From Gemmatimonadota bacterium (GTDB lineage Bacteria; Gemmatimonadota; Gemmatimonadetes; Palauibacterales; KS3-K002), in assembly GCA_020350785.1 (NCBI GenBank), contig CP070722.1:1133939-1197938 (forward strand): 64,000 bases of DNA. Direction: 5' to 3'. Made by a program: the position numbers and the translations under genes. Position 1 is the stretch's first letter. Each line of letters starts with the position of its first letter. The notes beneath the pieces were generated by a model. The model was not told where the DNA came from. It ran no database searches and saw only the letters and a list, made by a program, of their open reading frames with translations. Shown in pieces: positions 42,296 to 50,776 of the stretch.

Positions 42296-44319
42296 CAGTC
42301 GCTCCCTCCGACGGCAGCCCGAATCGGTTGCGCATCGCGCTCGACGGCGATCTCGGGGCGCCTGCCTGTGACACCCCCGGTTCCGACGGTCGATATGGCG
42401 AAGAGGGCGCCCAAAGCCACGATCCCACCGCCGATCCAGATCCAGACGACCATGGGGTTGACGATGATATTCACCGTCGCGGTCGATCCATCGCGAGCGT
42501 AAGCCATCAAGCTGAGATACAAGTCCTCGTGCGGCCGCGTGCGCACATGCGGCGTGCCTATGGGCTGGTCCGACATCGGGTAGTAGTTGAGTCGCGGCGT
42601 CAGCACGGCGAGTTGCTCGCTCCCTTTGCCGATGCCGAACGCGGCCTCGACGAAATCGCGGTGCGCCTCGCGACCCGCATAGAGCGAATCGAGCCGAACC
42701 ACATAGCCGGCGAACTCGGCCGACTGACCGATGGCCAGCGTAACCTCGCGCTCCTTGCGATAGGTCGCCGATAGCGCGATACCGACCGCCATAACCACGA
42801 TGCCCAAGTGGACCACGTAGCCGCCATAGCGCCGGCGATTCTTCAACGTCAGACTCGCCAGGGCTCGGCCCATGCCCTCCCCCTGAGCTTGCATCCGCGC
42901 CCGCGCCGGCCGCCAGAACTCACCCCACAACAAGCCAACGGCGAGAACCGCCAGGACGAGCGTCAACCAGGTCCAGAAATCTCGTGCACCCAGCAGCCAG
43001 AATCCCACTCCAGCCAGCAGCGCGACAGCCGAGGGCCAGACGAACTTGCGGCTGAGCAATTCCGGCGACCCACGCCGCCAGGGCAGCGCCGGCCCCACGC
43101 CGGCCAAGAACACCAGGGCCAGTGAGATGGGCACGCTCATGCGGTTGAAGTACGGAGCACCCACGCTCACTTTGACACCGCGCACCGCCTCGGCGATCAG
43201 CGGGTACATCGTACCCAGCAAGACTGTAAAGGTGAAAGCCACCAGCAGGAGGTTGTTCAGCAGGAACGCAGTCTCACGCGAGGCCACGGAATCCAAAGTC
43301 GGCTCGCTCTTCAACTCGTCCGTCCGCCACGCCAGCAGCACCAGCGAGGCGAGCAGCACGAAGGTGATGAAGCCGAGGAAGAAGGGGCCAATCAAGCCCT
43401 CTGTGAACGCGTGCACGCTGGCCAGGATCCCGGAACGCGTGAGGAAAGTCCCAAACAGGGTGAGCAGGAACGTGGCGACCACCAGCAATATGTTCCAGGT
43501 CTTTAGCGTTTGGCGTCGCTCCTGGACCATGATGGAATGGAGGAACGCCGTGGCCGTGAGCCATGGCAGGAAGCTGGCATTCTCGACCGGATCCCAGGCC
43601 CAATAGCCGCCCCAGCCCAGCACCTCGTAGGACCACCAGGCTCCCGCCACGATCCCGCAGGTGAGGAAGATCCAGGGCGCCATTGTCCAGCGCCGGACCG
43701 CCCGAATCCAATCACCGCCCAACTTTCCGGTGATCAGCGCCGCGATCCCGAACGCGAACGGCACGGCAAGGCCAACGTAGCCGAGGTACAGTAGCGGCGG
43801 GTGCAGACCCATGAATGGGTGATTCTGAAGAAGCGGGTTGGGGCCCGGGCCATCCGCCGGCACCGGAAACACCTGAGTAAACGGGTTGGCCGGGCCCGCC
43901 AACAACAGCCAGAAAAACGCGTTCACCACCAGCAACGTCCCGGCCACCGCCGGCATCAGCTCGCGATAACGCGAGCGGTGGATATAGACGACCGCCGCCG
44001 TGTAACCCGCTATGATCAGCCCCCAAAACAATATCGACCCATCCAGCGACGACCACAGGGAGATCACGGTATAGAACATCGGCGTCGATCGACTGCCGAC
44101 CTGCGCAACGTACCCAACGCTGAAATCATGCGTGACCAGCGCGTAGACCATCGTCAGATTCGCCAGACACGCGAGCCCGAAGACGACGTACGACGCCCGG
44201 CGACCAAGAGCCGCAAGCCCGGACCTGCCCGTCCGCACCGCCGCGAACGCGATGACGGCGCCCACCAGTGACACCACCAGCGCGCCGACGATGGCGGAAT
44301 ACCCGACTGTGTTCGTCAT
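42295..44319 (-). CDS. ccmF: Cytochrome c-type biogenesis heme lyase CcmF
   Basis: 674 aa polytopic protein with the WWD-domain signature (WGGYWAWDPVEN) and conserved His residues. Confidence 0.9.
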   Translation of the reverse strand: MTNTVGYSAIVGALVVSLVGAVIAFAAVRTGRSGLAALGRRASYVVFGLACLANLTMVYALVTHDFSVGYVAQVGSRSTPMFYTVISLWSSLDGSILFWGLIIAGYTAAVVYIHRSRYRELMPAVAGTLLVVNAFFWLLLAGPANPFTQVFPVPADGPGPNPLLQNHPFMGLHPPLLYLGYVGLAVPFAFGIAALITGKLGGDWIRAVRRWTMAPWIFLTCGIVAGAWWSYEVLGWGGYWAWDPVENASFLPWLTATAFLHSIMVQERRQTLKTWNILLVVATFLLTLFGTFLTRSGILASVHAFTEGLIGPFFLGFITFVLLASLVLLAWRTDELKSEPTLDSVASRETAFLLNNLLLVAFTFTVLLGTMYPLIAEAVRGVKVSVGAPYFNRMSVPISLALVFLAGVGPALPWRRGSPELLSRKFVWPSAVALLAGVGFWLLGARDFWTWLTLVLAVLAVGLLWGEFWRPARARMQAQGEGMGRALASLTLKNRRRYGGYVVHLGIVVMAVGIALSATYRKEREVTLAIGQSAEFAGYVVRLDSLYAGREAHRDFVEAAFGIGKGSEQLAVLTPRLNYYPMSDQPIGTPHVRTRPHEDLYLSLMAYARDGSTATVNIIVNPMVVWIWIGGGIVALGALFAISTVGTGGVTGRRPEIAVERDAQPIRAAVGGSD

Positions 44320-44789
44320 TCCGCGCCCCCCGAGCTTTGATCCCGGAATAGCTCCCGGTAATACTCTTGCTTGTCCTCGCCGTGCTGCGGCGCCCGATAC
44401 TCCTCGGAGTGCCTCACCATTAGGTTGGTCGCCCGGAACACGCCCTCGCGCGTCAACGTCCCCTCGACCACTGCCCCGATCGGTTCCTTTCGGTCCGCCG
44501 CTTCCAGGAACATCTGCGGCGGAATGCCCGCGTTGTAGACCTCGATCGTTCCCCCCTCGTCCGCCAGCTGGAAGTTCAGCTCACGTCGATCCGCATCCCA
44601 CCGCACACTGCCCGGCACCACCATCCCACCCAGACGGACCGAAGTCCCGTAGGCCGCGTCACCCTCGGCCAATAGCTCGGTCGGCGTCCAGAAATACACC
44701 AGACTTCGCCCCAGGCCGCCGAAGGCGAAGTATCCGAAGATCAGCACGACCACCAGCACGCCAACTGCTAAGGTGAGTCTCTTCTTCAC
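44316..44789 (-). CDS. ccmE: Cytochrome c maturation heme chaperone CcmE
   Basis: 157 aa. N-terminal TM, VRLGGMVVPGSV core and the heme-binding region RHSEEY (His...Tyr). Confidence 0.85.
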   Translation of the reverse strand: MKKRLTLAVGVLVVVLIFGYFAFGGLGRSLVYFWTPTELLAEGDAAYGTSVRLGGMVVPGSVRWDADRRELNFQLADEGGTIEVYNAGIPPQMFLEAADRKEPIGAVVEGTLTREGVFRATNLMVRHSEEYRAPQHGEDKQEYYRELFRDQSSGGAE

Positions 44790-45333
44790 ATTAGACCCCT
44801 ATCTCTTTTGCCTGAGGTCGAGGCATTCGCGCCCGGCTCCGACCCCAGGCCGATTCGTGAGCAAGCCCACTTACGACCGGGTTATGCGAATCGGGTAAAC
44901 ATACTACTCCCGAGCGGGCAGGCTAGGTTCCCGCCGGAACCCACGACCGCCGAACCGAGCACGGGAGCGAGCCCGTTGCACGCCCGCAACAGGTGGTGGG
45001 ACGCCAAAATCCACCGATCGGCAATCTTTACCGTAGCTGTGCAAAAATTACGCACCCCCGAACCCCGGCCGCCGGTCGCCCGGTCAACTTAACTCATTGT
45101 CATCAAAACTGTTGAATATTCCGATCGAGTTTGGGAACAGCCCTTGCCCTACCCTGCCAACTGAAGAGCGGAGTCTCGAGCGTCTTAGCCGGACAGGGAA
45201 AACGGCGGGGGAGGGCGACTCAGAGGCTCCGTTCTCTTTTCGTATCCGCAGGAGCCTCTTCGCCCTGCATTCCCCTCCCTATGAGGGCCAGTAAGGTGAG
45301 AGCCGGTGGCGGCGAGCCCTCGGAGCCACGATT

Positions 45334-45879
45334 ATGGCCAGGATGGGTTCCGAAGGCGTACCGCGCGTGCTTCTCACAGGTCGGCCCGGCTGCGGGAAGA
45401 CCACGGCCATCAAGCGCGCCGTCGCACTCATCAAGCCCCATAGCAGCTGCGGCTTCTACACCGAAGAGGTGCGCAAAGGCGGCCAGCGCATCGGCTTCGA
45501 CGTCGTGACCTGCGATGGGCGGCGCGCCGCGCTGGCTCGTGTGGGCGCGCCGGGCCCCCGTGTGAGTCGTTACGGGGTCGATGTAGCTGCGTTCGAGGCC
45601 CTGGCGGTAGCGCCCCTCGAGCTGATGGCGTGCGGCTCCAGCCGACTCGTGGTGATCGACGAGATCGGCAAGATGGAGCTTCTCAGCGAGCGTTTTGTGC
45701 TGTGCCTGGATCGGATCTTCGCTCCGGGGTCGGAGCAGCCCGTACTGGGTAGCATTATGCGAGGTCGGCACCCTGTGGCTGACCGCCTGCGGCACCGCTC
45801 TGACGTCCGAATTCTGCCGGTAACCCCCGACGATCGAGATTCCCTGCCACCGCGCCTGGCGGCGCTCTTCGGAACCTGA
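45334..45879 (+). CDS. Nucleoside-triphosphatase, THEP1/NTPCR (DUF265) family
   Basis: 181 aa. Walker A LLTGRPGCGKTT, GFYTEEVRKGGQRIGFDVV and Walker B VIDEIGKMEL, closely following the THEP1 family consensus. Confidence 0.75.
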   Translation: MARMGSEGVPRVLLTGRPGCGKTTAIKRAVALIKPHSSCGFYTEEVRKGGQRIGFDVVTCDGRRAALARVGAPGPRVSRYGVDVAAFEALAVAPLELMACGSSRLVVIDEIGKMELLSERFVLCLDRIFAPGSEQPVLGSIMRGRHPVADRLRHRSDVRILPVTPDDRDSLPPRLAALFGT

Positions 45880-45903
45880 CCGCCGCTGGCGCCAGGTCGC
45901 TAG

Positions 45904-47091
45904 TCAGAACAACTCGATCCAGGCCCGGGGCGAGATCAGGCGCGGGCGCGAGAGGTTGGAGAAGCGCTCGGCGCGCTCCGTGACGCAGCGGCTCAGTCTC
46001 AAGTGCGATGGACCTCCAGACAGCTGCAGATCGTCGCCCAAGATAACGCCACCCCACAAGTCGCTAGGGCCGCTCATCACGATGTCGTCCTTCACGATGG
46101 CGATTCCGTAGAAGTCGAAGGACCCCCTAATGAAGAGGTCGTCATCGACCAGGAGAATACCCTGGGCGCTTCCCGATCCCCGGAGATCCACATCGCTCAT
46201 GAAGTGAAGGATGGGAAAGTAGTTGAAGCACGGATGGCCCGGGCTATCCGGGGCTCCCCAGTTCCGGTTGTTGCTCCGGTCGCAGCGGCCGTTCGCGTCA
46301 ACGGTCGGCTCCGAATCGCTCAGTATGACCTCGCCCGCGAAGGTGTGATCGGCCAGGGCTACGAGGTCGTTGTAGCTTAGATCTCCGAAGTTAAAGATTC
46401 CATTAAATGTCATAGACGGGAACGCCACTATTTTCGCGGGGGAACCCGTGATCATGTTCGGCTGGTCGAAGCCAAAGATACTGTCTACAGCCTGAACGAT
46501 CACGCCGGGCGCGTCGTCCGTCGGGAACCCGGCGCAAGCCGAGGCTGGCCAGCCGCTCGGGCTGACGTTCATGCCCTCCACAGTCCTTGAACCGCCTCCA
46601 CCAAACCTCACGCTTTCGAACGCCACGACCGCGGCGTTGCAGCAGATATTGGGGTAGCGGACGCGCGCGATGACGGCCTGCCGACGCTCGCCGAGGCCGG
46701 CGCCCGGCGGCCGACCGGCAGTCTCGATATAGAAGTAACGCTTGACCGAATCGGCGGTGATGCCGACGCGTTTGATCTTGGCCGTATAGCTGCCGCCTCC
46801 CTCGAACGTCATTGGGCCGATCAGCATGCTGTCGCCGGCTTCGAGGGCGCCGTAGGTGAGGGGGTTCCAATCATCCAGCACCTCCCGAATGCCTGCCTCT
46901 GCGGCGTAGAAGCTGGACGTCATCGACCTCATGCCGCGGCCGATCTGGAACTCCTGCGAAGCCGAGAAATAGCCGCCGGCGACGACCGCGGCGAGCAACA
47001 CGAGCGCGAACACGGCTAGCGCCAGCGCGAAGCCGCCCTGATCCCGCAGCCGCGCTGACACGTATCCCGTTGCGCCGTTCTCACTAGTCAT
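45904..47091 (-). CDS. pilX: PilX N-terminal domain protein (type IV pilus minor pilin/assembly protein)
   Basis: 395 aa. N-terminal TM then the PilX_N signature ...SSFYAAEAGI... Downstream-most gene of the minor pilin operon. Confidence 0.65.
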   Translation of the reverse strand: MTSENGATGYVSARLRDQGGFALALAVFALVLLAAVVAGGYFSASQEFQIGRGMRSMTSSFYAAEAGIREVLDDWNPLTYGALEAGDSMLIGPMTFEGGGSYTAKIKRVGITADSVKRYFYIETAGRPPGAGLGERRQAVIARVRYPNICCNAAVVAFESVRFGGGGSRTVEGMNVSPSGWPASACAGFPTDDAPGVIVQAVDSIFGFDQPNMITGSPAKIVAFPSMTFNGIFNFGDLSYNDLVALADHTFAGEVILSDSEPTVDANGRCDRSNNRNWGAPDSPGHPCFNYFPILHFMSDVDLRGSGSAQGILLVDDDLFIRGSFDFYGIAIVKDDIVMSGPSDLWGGVILGDDLQLSGGPSHLRLSRCVTERAERFSNLSRPRLISPRAWIELF

Positions 47092-47905
47092 TGTTGCGAA
47101 GATAAACGCTGGTGCTCAGTAGACGATAGTCGGGGTCGCTCAGAGTGCGATTAGTAGGCGCCCGAACGTCGATACTCACGCGCACGACCTGGGTCGGGTT
47201 CACCGTAGCCGCCCCGTCCCCGCGAAAATACGTCAGCCGCAAACCGCTGCTCCCGGGCGGGGCCAGCGGCCCCGCTACTGGTACGTAATCGAGGGAGGAC
47301 CCCCGCTTCCGACGTCCCAACCACCACCGTCCGTCCATTTCGAACAGCTTGAAGACATAGGCCCTAAATAGCCGCGCCGGAGCACCGACCCAGATTCCGC
47401 TCAGGTCACCGCTCACCGTCAACACCCTCTCCGAGCTTCCGCGCTCCGCGCAGCCGCCTCCGCCCGTCGAGATCCCGCTGACAGCAAGGGCACGCCACGA
47501 ATCATCCCCGTCCTGCTGGGTTCGTTCCACGAACACCAACAGGCTGTCAGCCAGCTCCAGCCGCAGGTGTCCCGATACCTGGGTCAGTGCGAGCGAGCCC
47601 GTGCTGGCGCTCACACGACATATCACACCGAAGCCGACCGTGGATCGGAATGCCACGCTGTCACGGCTGACAGAGTACAGATCGCCGCTGGCCGCACTGA
47701 CCTCGCGTAGCTCCGAGCTGAGGATGGTGGTCGAGGCGCGCATCGCGTGGCGAGCGTCCAGAATGCGCGCCTGGCGAGCATAAAACTTCTTCTGGGCGGA
47801 CAGCGCCTGGAGAGTTCCGGCGACCACAATCCCAGTGAGGGTCAAAGCGATGAGAACTTCGACGAGCGTGAATCCTCGAGACAACGCTCGATGCGCTGAC
47901 GTCAT
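47084..47905 (-). CDS. pilW: PilW-like type IV minor pilin (prepilin-type N-terminal methylation domain)
   Basis: 273 aa. Class III signal peptide SRGFTLVEVLIALTLTGIVVAG (G|FTLVE). Confidence 0.6.
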   Translation of the reverse strand: MTSAHRALSRGFTLVEVLIALTLTGIVVAGTLQALSAQKKFYARQARILDARHAMRASTTILSSELREVSAASGDLYSVSRDSVAFRSTVGFGVICRVSASTGSLALTQVSGHLRLELADSLLVFVERTQQDGDDSWRALAVSGISTGGGGCAERGSSERVLTVSGDLSGIWVGAPARLFRAYVFKLFEMDGRWWLGRRKRGSSLDYVPVAGPLAPPGSSGLRLTYFRGDGAATVNPTQVVRVSIDVRAPTNRTLSDPDYRLLSTSVYLRNND

Positions 47906-48252
47906 CTGTGGCTATATACGACGATCGTATCCGCTACGGGACGGCCGCGTCGGTGAAGGTATAGTGCCTCCAGCGTGACCCGCTTCGGGTCCGCCCCCTC
48001 GACCACCCAGCGGATGACGTAATCCCCCTCCGTCCGCGTGCCCGCCTGAACGAGATTGTACGGCAGGGCTTTCAGCCGCTCCGCCTGGTCCATTACCAGC
48101 ATCGAGAGCTCGGTGTCGCGCTGGCCTCTCCAAAGTTCCGTGGAAGCAAGCCCGACCGCCGTCGCGAAACCGACCACCCCGATCGCGATGATGACCACGG
48201 AGATCAATAGCTCCGTGAGCGTAAACCCTTGCTCCGCCCTGACTTTTCGCAT
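47902..48252 (-). CDS. pilV: PilV-like type IV minor pilin
   Basis: Internal Met start (MRKVRAEQGFTLTELLISVVIIAIGVVGF) chosen, giving a canonical prepilin leader. The longer track ORF adds an Arg-rich non-protein-like extension. Confidence 0.55.
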   Translation of the reverse strand: MRKVRAEQGFTLTELLISVVIIAIGVVGFATAVGLASTELWRGQRDTELSMLVMDQAERLKALPYNLVQAGTRTEGDYVIRWVVEGADPKRVTLEALYLHRRGRPVADTIVVYSHR

Positions 48253-48260
48253 CCGCCTCT

Positions 48261-48770
48261 CTACCGTCGCACCACCGTGCCGCCCAGAGACAGCTGTACG
48301 GTATCGGCACGATCCAGCCGCGTGAACACGATGAGCGCGTCGTGCGGTTCGCACGAACCACCTGCAAAGGCCAAGCCGCGCGCGTCGAAACACAGGACCT
48401 GGCGCGGCGAGAACATGGTCACCCCCCCGTACTCGGAGCGCAAGTCGACCACCCTGCCCACGGTGTCGGCCACCATCGCCCCCGGCACGCCCGTATCGAT
48501 CTCAACCCAGAACCGCCCCTCCTCCCCCCGGATATTCAACCGCGCAGAGCGCCCGTACTGCACCGCCACCGCTCGCGTCCGCGCGTAGGTGTTGACGAAC
48601 GCATCACGCGCGCTCCCCACCCGAAAGCGACCCATCAGCGCAGAGGCAAACGGCAGGCTCAACCCGAGCATTACCCCGATGACGATCATGACCATGGCAA
48701 GCTCAAGCATGGATAAACCGCGGCGGCACGCGAATCGGCAGGGGATGCGCTGGGTCGCCGGGGTCAGCCC
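48261..48770 (-). CDS. GspH/FimT-like pseudopilin; 5' boundary approximate
   Basis: Prepilin motif RRG|LSMLELAMVMIVIGVMLGL with Glu+5. The track ORF start (48974) runs through the tRNA-Cys gene, so the real start must lie after it, probably at an alternative start codon around 48740-48780. Confidence 0.5.
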   Translation of the reverse strand, partial: GLTPATQRIPCRFACRRGLSMLELAMVMIVIGVMLGLSLPFASALMGRFRVGSARDAFVNTYARTRAVAVQYGRSARLNIRGEEGRFWVEIDTGVPGAMVADTVGRVVDLRSEYGGVTMFSPRQVLCFDARGLAFAGGSCEPHDALIVFTRLDRADTVQLSLGGTVVRR

Positions 48771-48949
48771 GAGCCGAGCAGTACGCTGGGCACCTAGAAA
48801 AATGCTACCAAACCTCCTCTCAGAGCAAGCTCCGTGCCCCGAGCGCCCGTCCTCAGGAGCCCCTGGGCGGCGCCGACCCGCCGCTCCCGTCAGGCGGCCG
48901 GGCCACCGTGCCGCCGGCTTTGACACGGCTCGACTCGATCTTACAAGAG

Positions 48950-49023
48950 AGGCGCCGGTGGGATTCGAACCCACGAATAGGGGCTTTGCAGGCCCCCGCC
49001 TTGGTCCACTTGGCTACGGCGCC
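48950..49023 (-). tRNA. tRNA-Cys (anticodon GCA)
   Basis: Minus-strand sequence GGCGCCGTAGCCAAGTGGACCAAGGCGGGGGCCTGCAAAGCCCCTATTCGTGGGTTCGAATCCCACCGGCGCCT: 7-bp acceptor stem GGCGCCG/CGGCGCC, anticodon loop CTGCAAA (GCA), T-arm GTGGGTTCGAATCCCAC, U73 discriminator as expected for tRNA-Cys. CCA is not encoded. Confidence 0.8.
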
Positions 49024-49156
49024 GTAGCTGAGGCTCCTGCTTCAAGGTAGGAGGTCGGTCCGTTGTGTCAATTTCCGGGCGCCTGTTCTGTTTGAGCCCC
49101 GTGCCACATATTACCGACCTCCCGCTTCAACGCGCGTACACGAACATGCTGCAAAC

Positions 49157-50752
49157 GTGAAACTTGCGACCTCATCACCCTCAGCACCCCGACGAATCGC
49201 CGTCTGGCTAAGCTGCCGGTCTTTTCTACTCTTGCTTGGCCTGTTGCTCACTCCCAACCCGTTGGGCGCGCAGTGGCTGGACGCCCGGCAGCCGCGCCGC
49301 GGAGCGCTGGAGCTCGGCGTCAGTGGCCTGAGCGTCGCCGCAGAGGAGCGTCTCTTGCCCGACGGATCGAGACAGACCCTCGCCGACGCTCTCGCGGTGA
49401 GCCTCGATCCGCGACTGGTACCCGCCCTCGACGCGATCGACCCCCTGCTCGGCGCAATCTACGCTGGCCTCGGTCTGTCGCAGCCGGAAGGCAGTACCCT
49501 TGGCATCGTGCGCTACGATGTGTTGCTCGAACGCACCCTCGCCCGCCTGGGACTCGAGCTGGGGATCACCGACTGGCTGGCCCTTTTCACCACGGTTCCC
49601 ATCGTTAAGGGGCAAGGTTTCGCCAGCACTCTCGTGGACTCGACCAGCGCCACCATGGGCCCAGGTGAAGGCGGATTCGGCTCCGATCCGACCGGCTTCT
49701 TTGCCGGATTGGGCGCTGGGATCGCGGACCTGGAATCGATGATCGCGGCCGACACTCTCCCTCCCGAACAGCAGCAGTTGGCCAGCGAGCTGTTGGCGGA
49801 AGCCCGCAACCTCGAGGCCGGCCTCGGAGACCTGAGCCAACTTCGGTACTTACCCACGGATTCGAGTGCGGCCGGACGCGAGCTCGCCGGGGTTTACCGG
49901 CAACTGCAAGAGGGGTTCGAGGCGTACGAGCTGGCCCTTCCCGACCTGGCCCTCGCCCAGCCGCTGAGCGCCGAGGAGGCCGAAGCCCTCACATCTGGCG
50001 ATGCGTTCGGGATCGAGACGCCGCGCGACCGCTCGACCGGGGTCAAGTTCGGCGACATCGAGGTCGGCGTCAGTCTCCAACCGCTCAATTCGTTCCGACG
50101 CCAAGGCGAGGAATCGGGGCCGACGCTCGCTATTCGAACACGCCTCGACGCGCTCTGGCGCTTCGGGACCGGCGACTATCCCGCTCCCGGGCGCTTAACC
50201 GACGCGGGGACCGGAGACGGCCAGAACGACCTCGAGCTCCGCGCGACCTTCGACGTCGCCGTCGGCCGCCGTCTCTGGCTGTCGCTCCTTGCCGGCTACA
50301 ACCTCCAGATGAAGAGCACGCAGCGGCGGCTGATCACGACGCCGGCCGCGCCAATCCAGCTCGGTGCTTACGAGACGTCCATCAGCTGGGACCCCGGAGA
50401 TGTTCTGACCTTGGCCGTCGCGCCACGGCTCAACTTCAGCCGTCACATCACCGTGTCGCTGCTGTACGCGTTGCAGAATCACGGGCGCGATAGCTTTACG
50501 GCAGTCGGCGGCGTCCCACCCGACGCCGCCTTTCAGCCGGCCGACCTCGAGGAGGGGACCGAGCACACGGCGAGCTGGCTCGGGTTCTCGCTGCGCTACT
50601 CGGCCAGCGATTGGGCGCGCGACAGGTCCGAGCGCATGCCCGTAGAGGTCGAACTGAGCCATCGCAAGGTCATCGACGCCAGCGACGGCCTCGTCCCGCG
50701 ACAGGTCGTGTGGCAGGTTTCGCTGCGGATGTATCGTTCGATCTTCCGCTAG
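49157..50752 (+). CDS. Hypothetical secreted protein, possibly outer-membrane beta-barrel
   Basis: 531 aa. Signal peptide (LLLLGLLLTPNPLGAQW). Alternating hydrophilic/hydrophobic beta-strand-like pattern through the C-terminal half. No motif identified. Confidence 0.5.
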   Translation: MKLATSSPSAPRRIAVWLSCRSFLLLLGLLLTPNPLGAQWLDARQPRRGALELGVSGLSVAAEERLLPDGSRQTLADALAVSLDPRLVPALDAIDPLLGAIYAGLGLSQPEGSTLGIVRYDVLLERTLARLGLELGITDWLALFTTVPIVKGQGFASTLVDSTSATMGPGEGGFGSDPTGFFAGLGAGIADLESMIAADTLPPEQQQLASELLAEARNLEAGLGDLSQLRYLPTDSSAAGRELAGVYRQLQEGFEAYELALPDLALAQPLSAEEAEALTSGDAFGIETPRDRSTGVKFGDIEVGVSLQPLNSFRRQGEESGPTLAIRTRLDALWRFGTGDYPAPGRLTDAGTGDGQNDLELRATFDVAVGRRLWLSLLAGYNLQMKSTQRRLITTPAAPIQLGAYETSISWDPGDVLTLAVAPRLNFSRHITVSLLYALQNHGRDSFTAVGGVPPDAAFQPADLEEGTEHTASWLGFSLRYSASDWARDRSERMPVEVELSHRKVIDASDGLVPRQVVWQVSLRMYRSIFR

Positions 50753-50776
50753 GTCTGCCGGGAATGGTCGGGTGCG

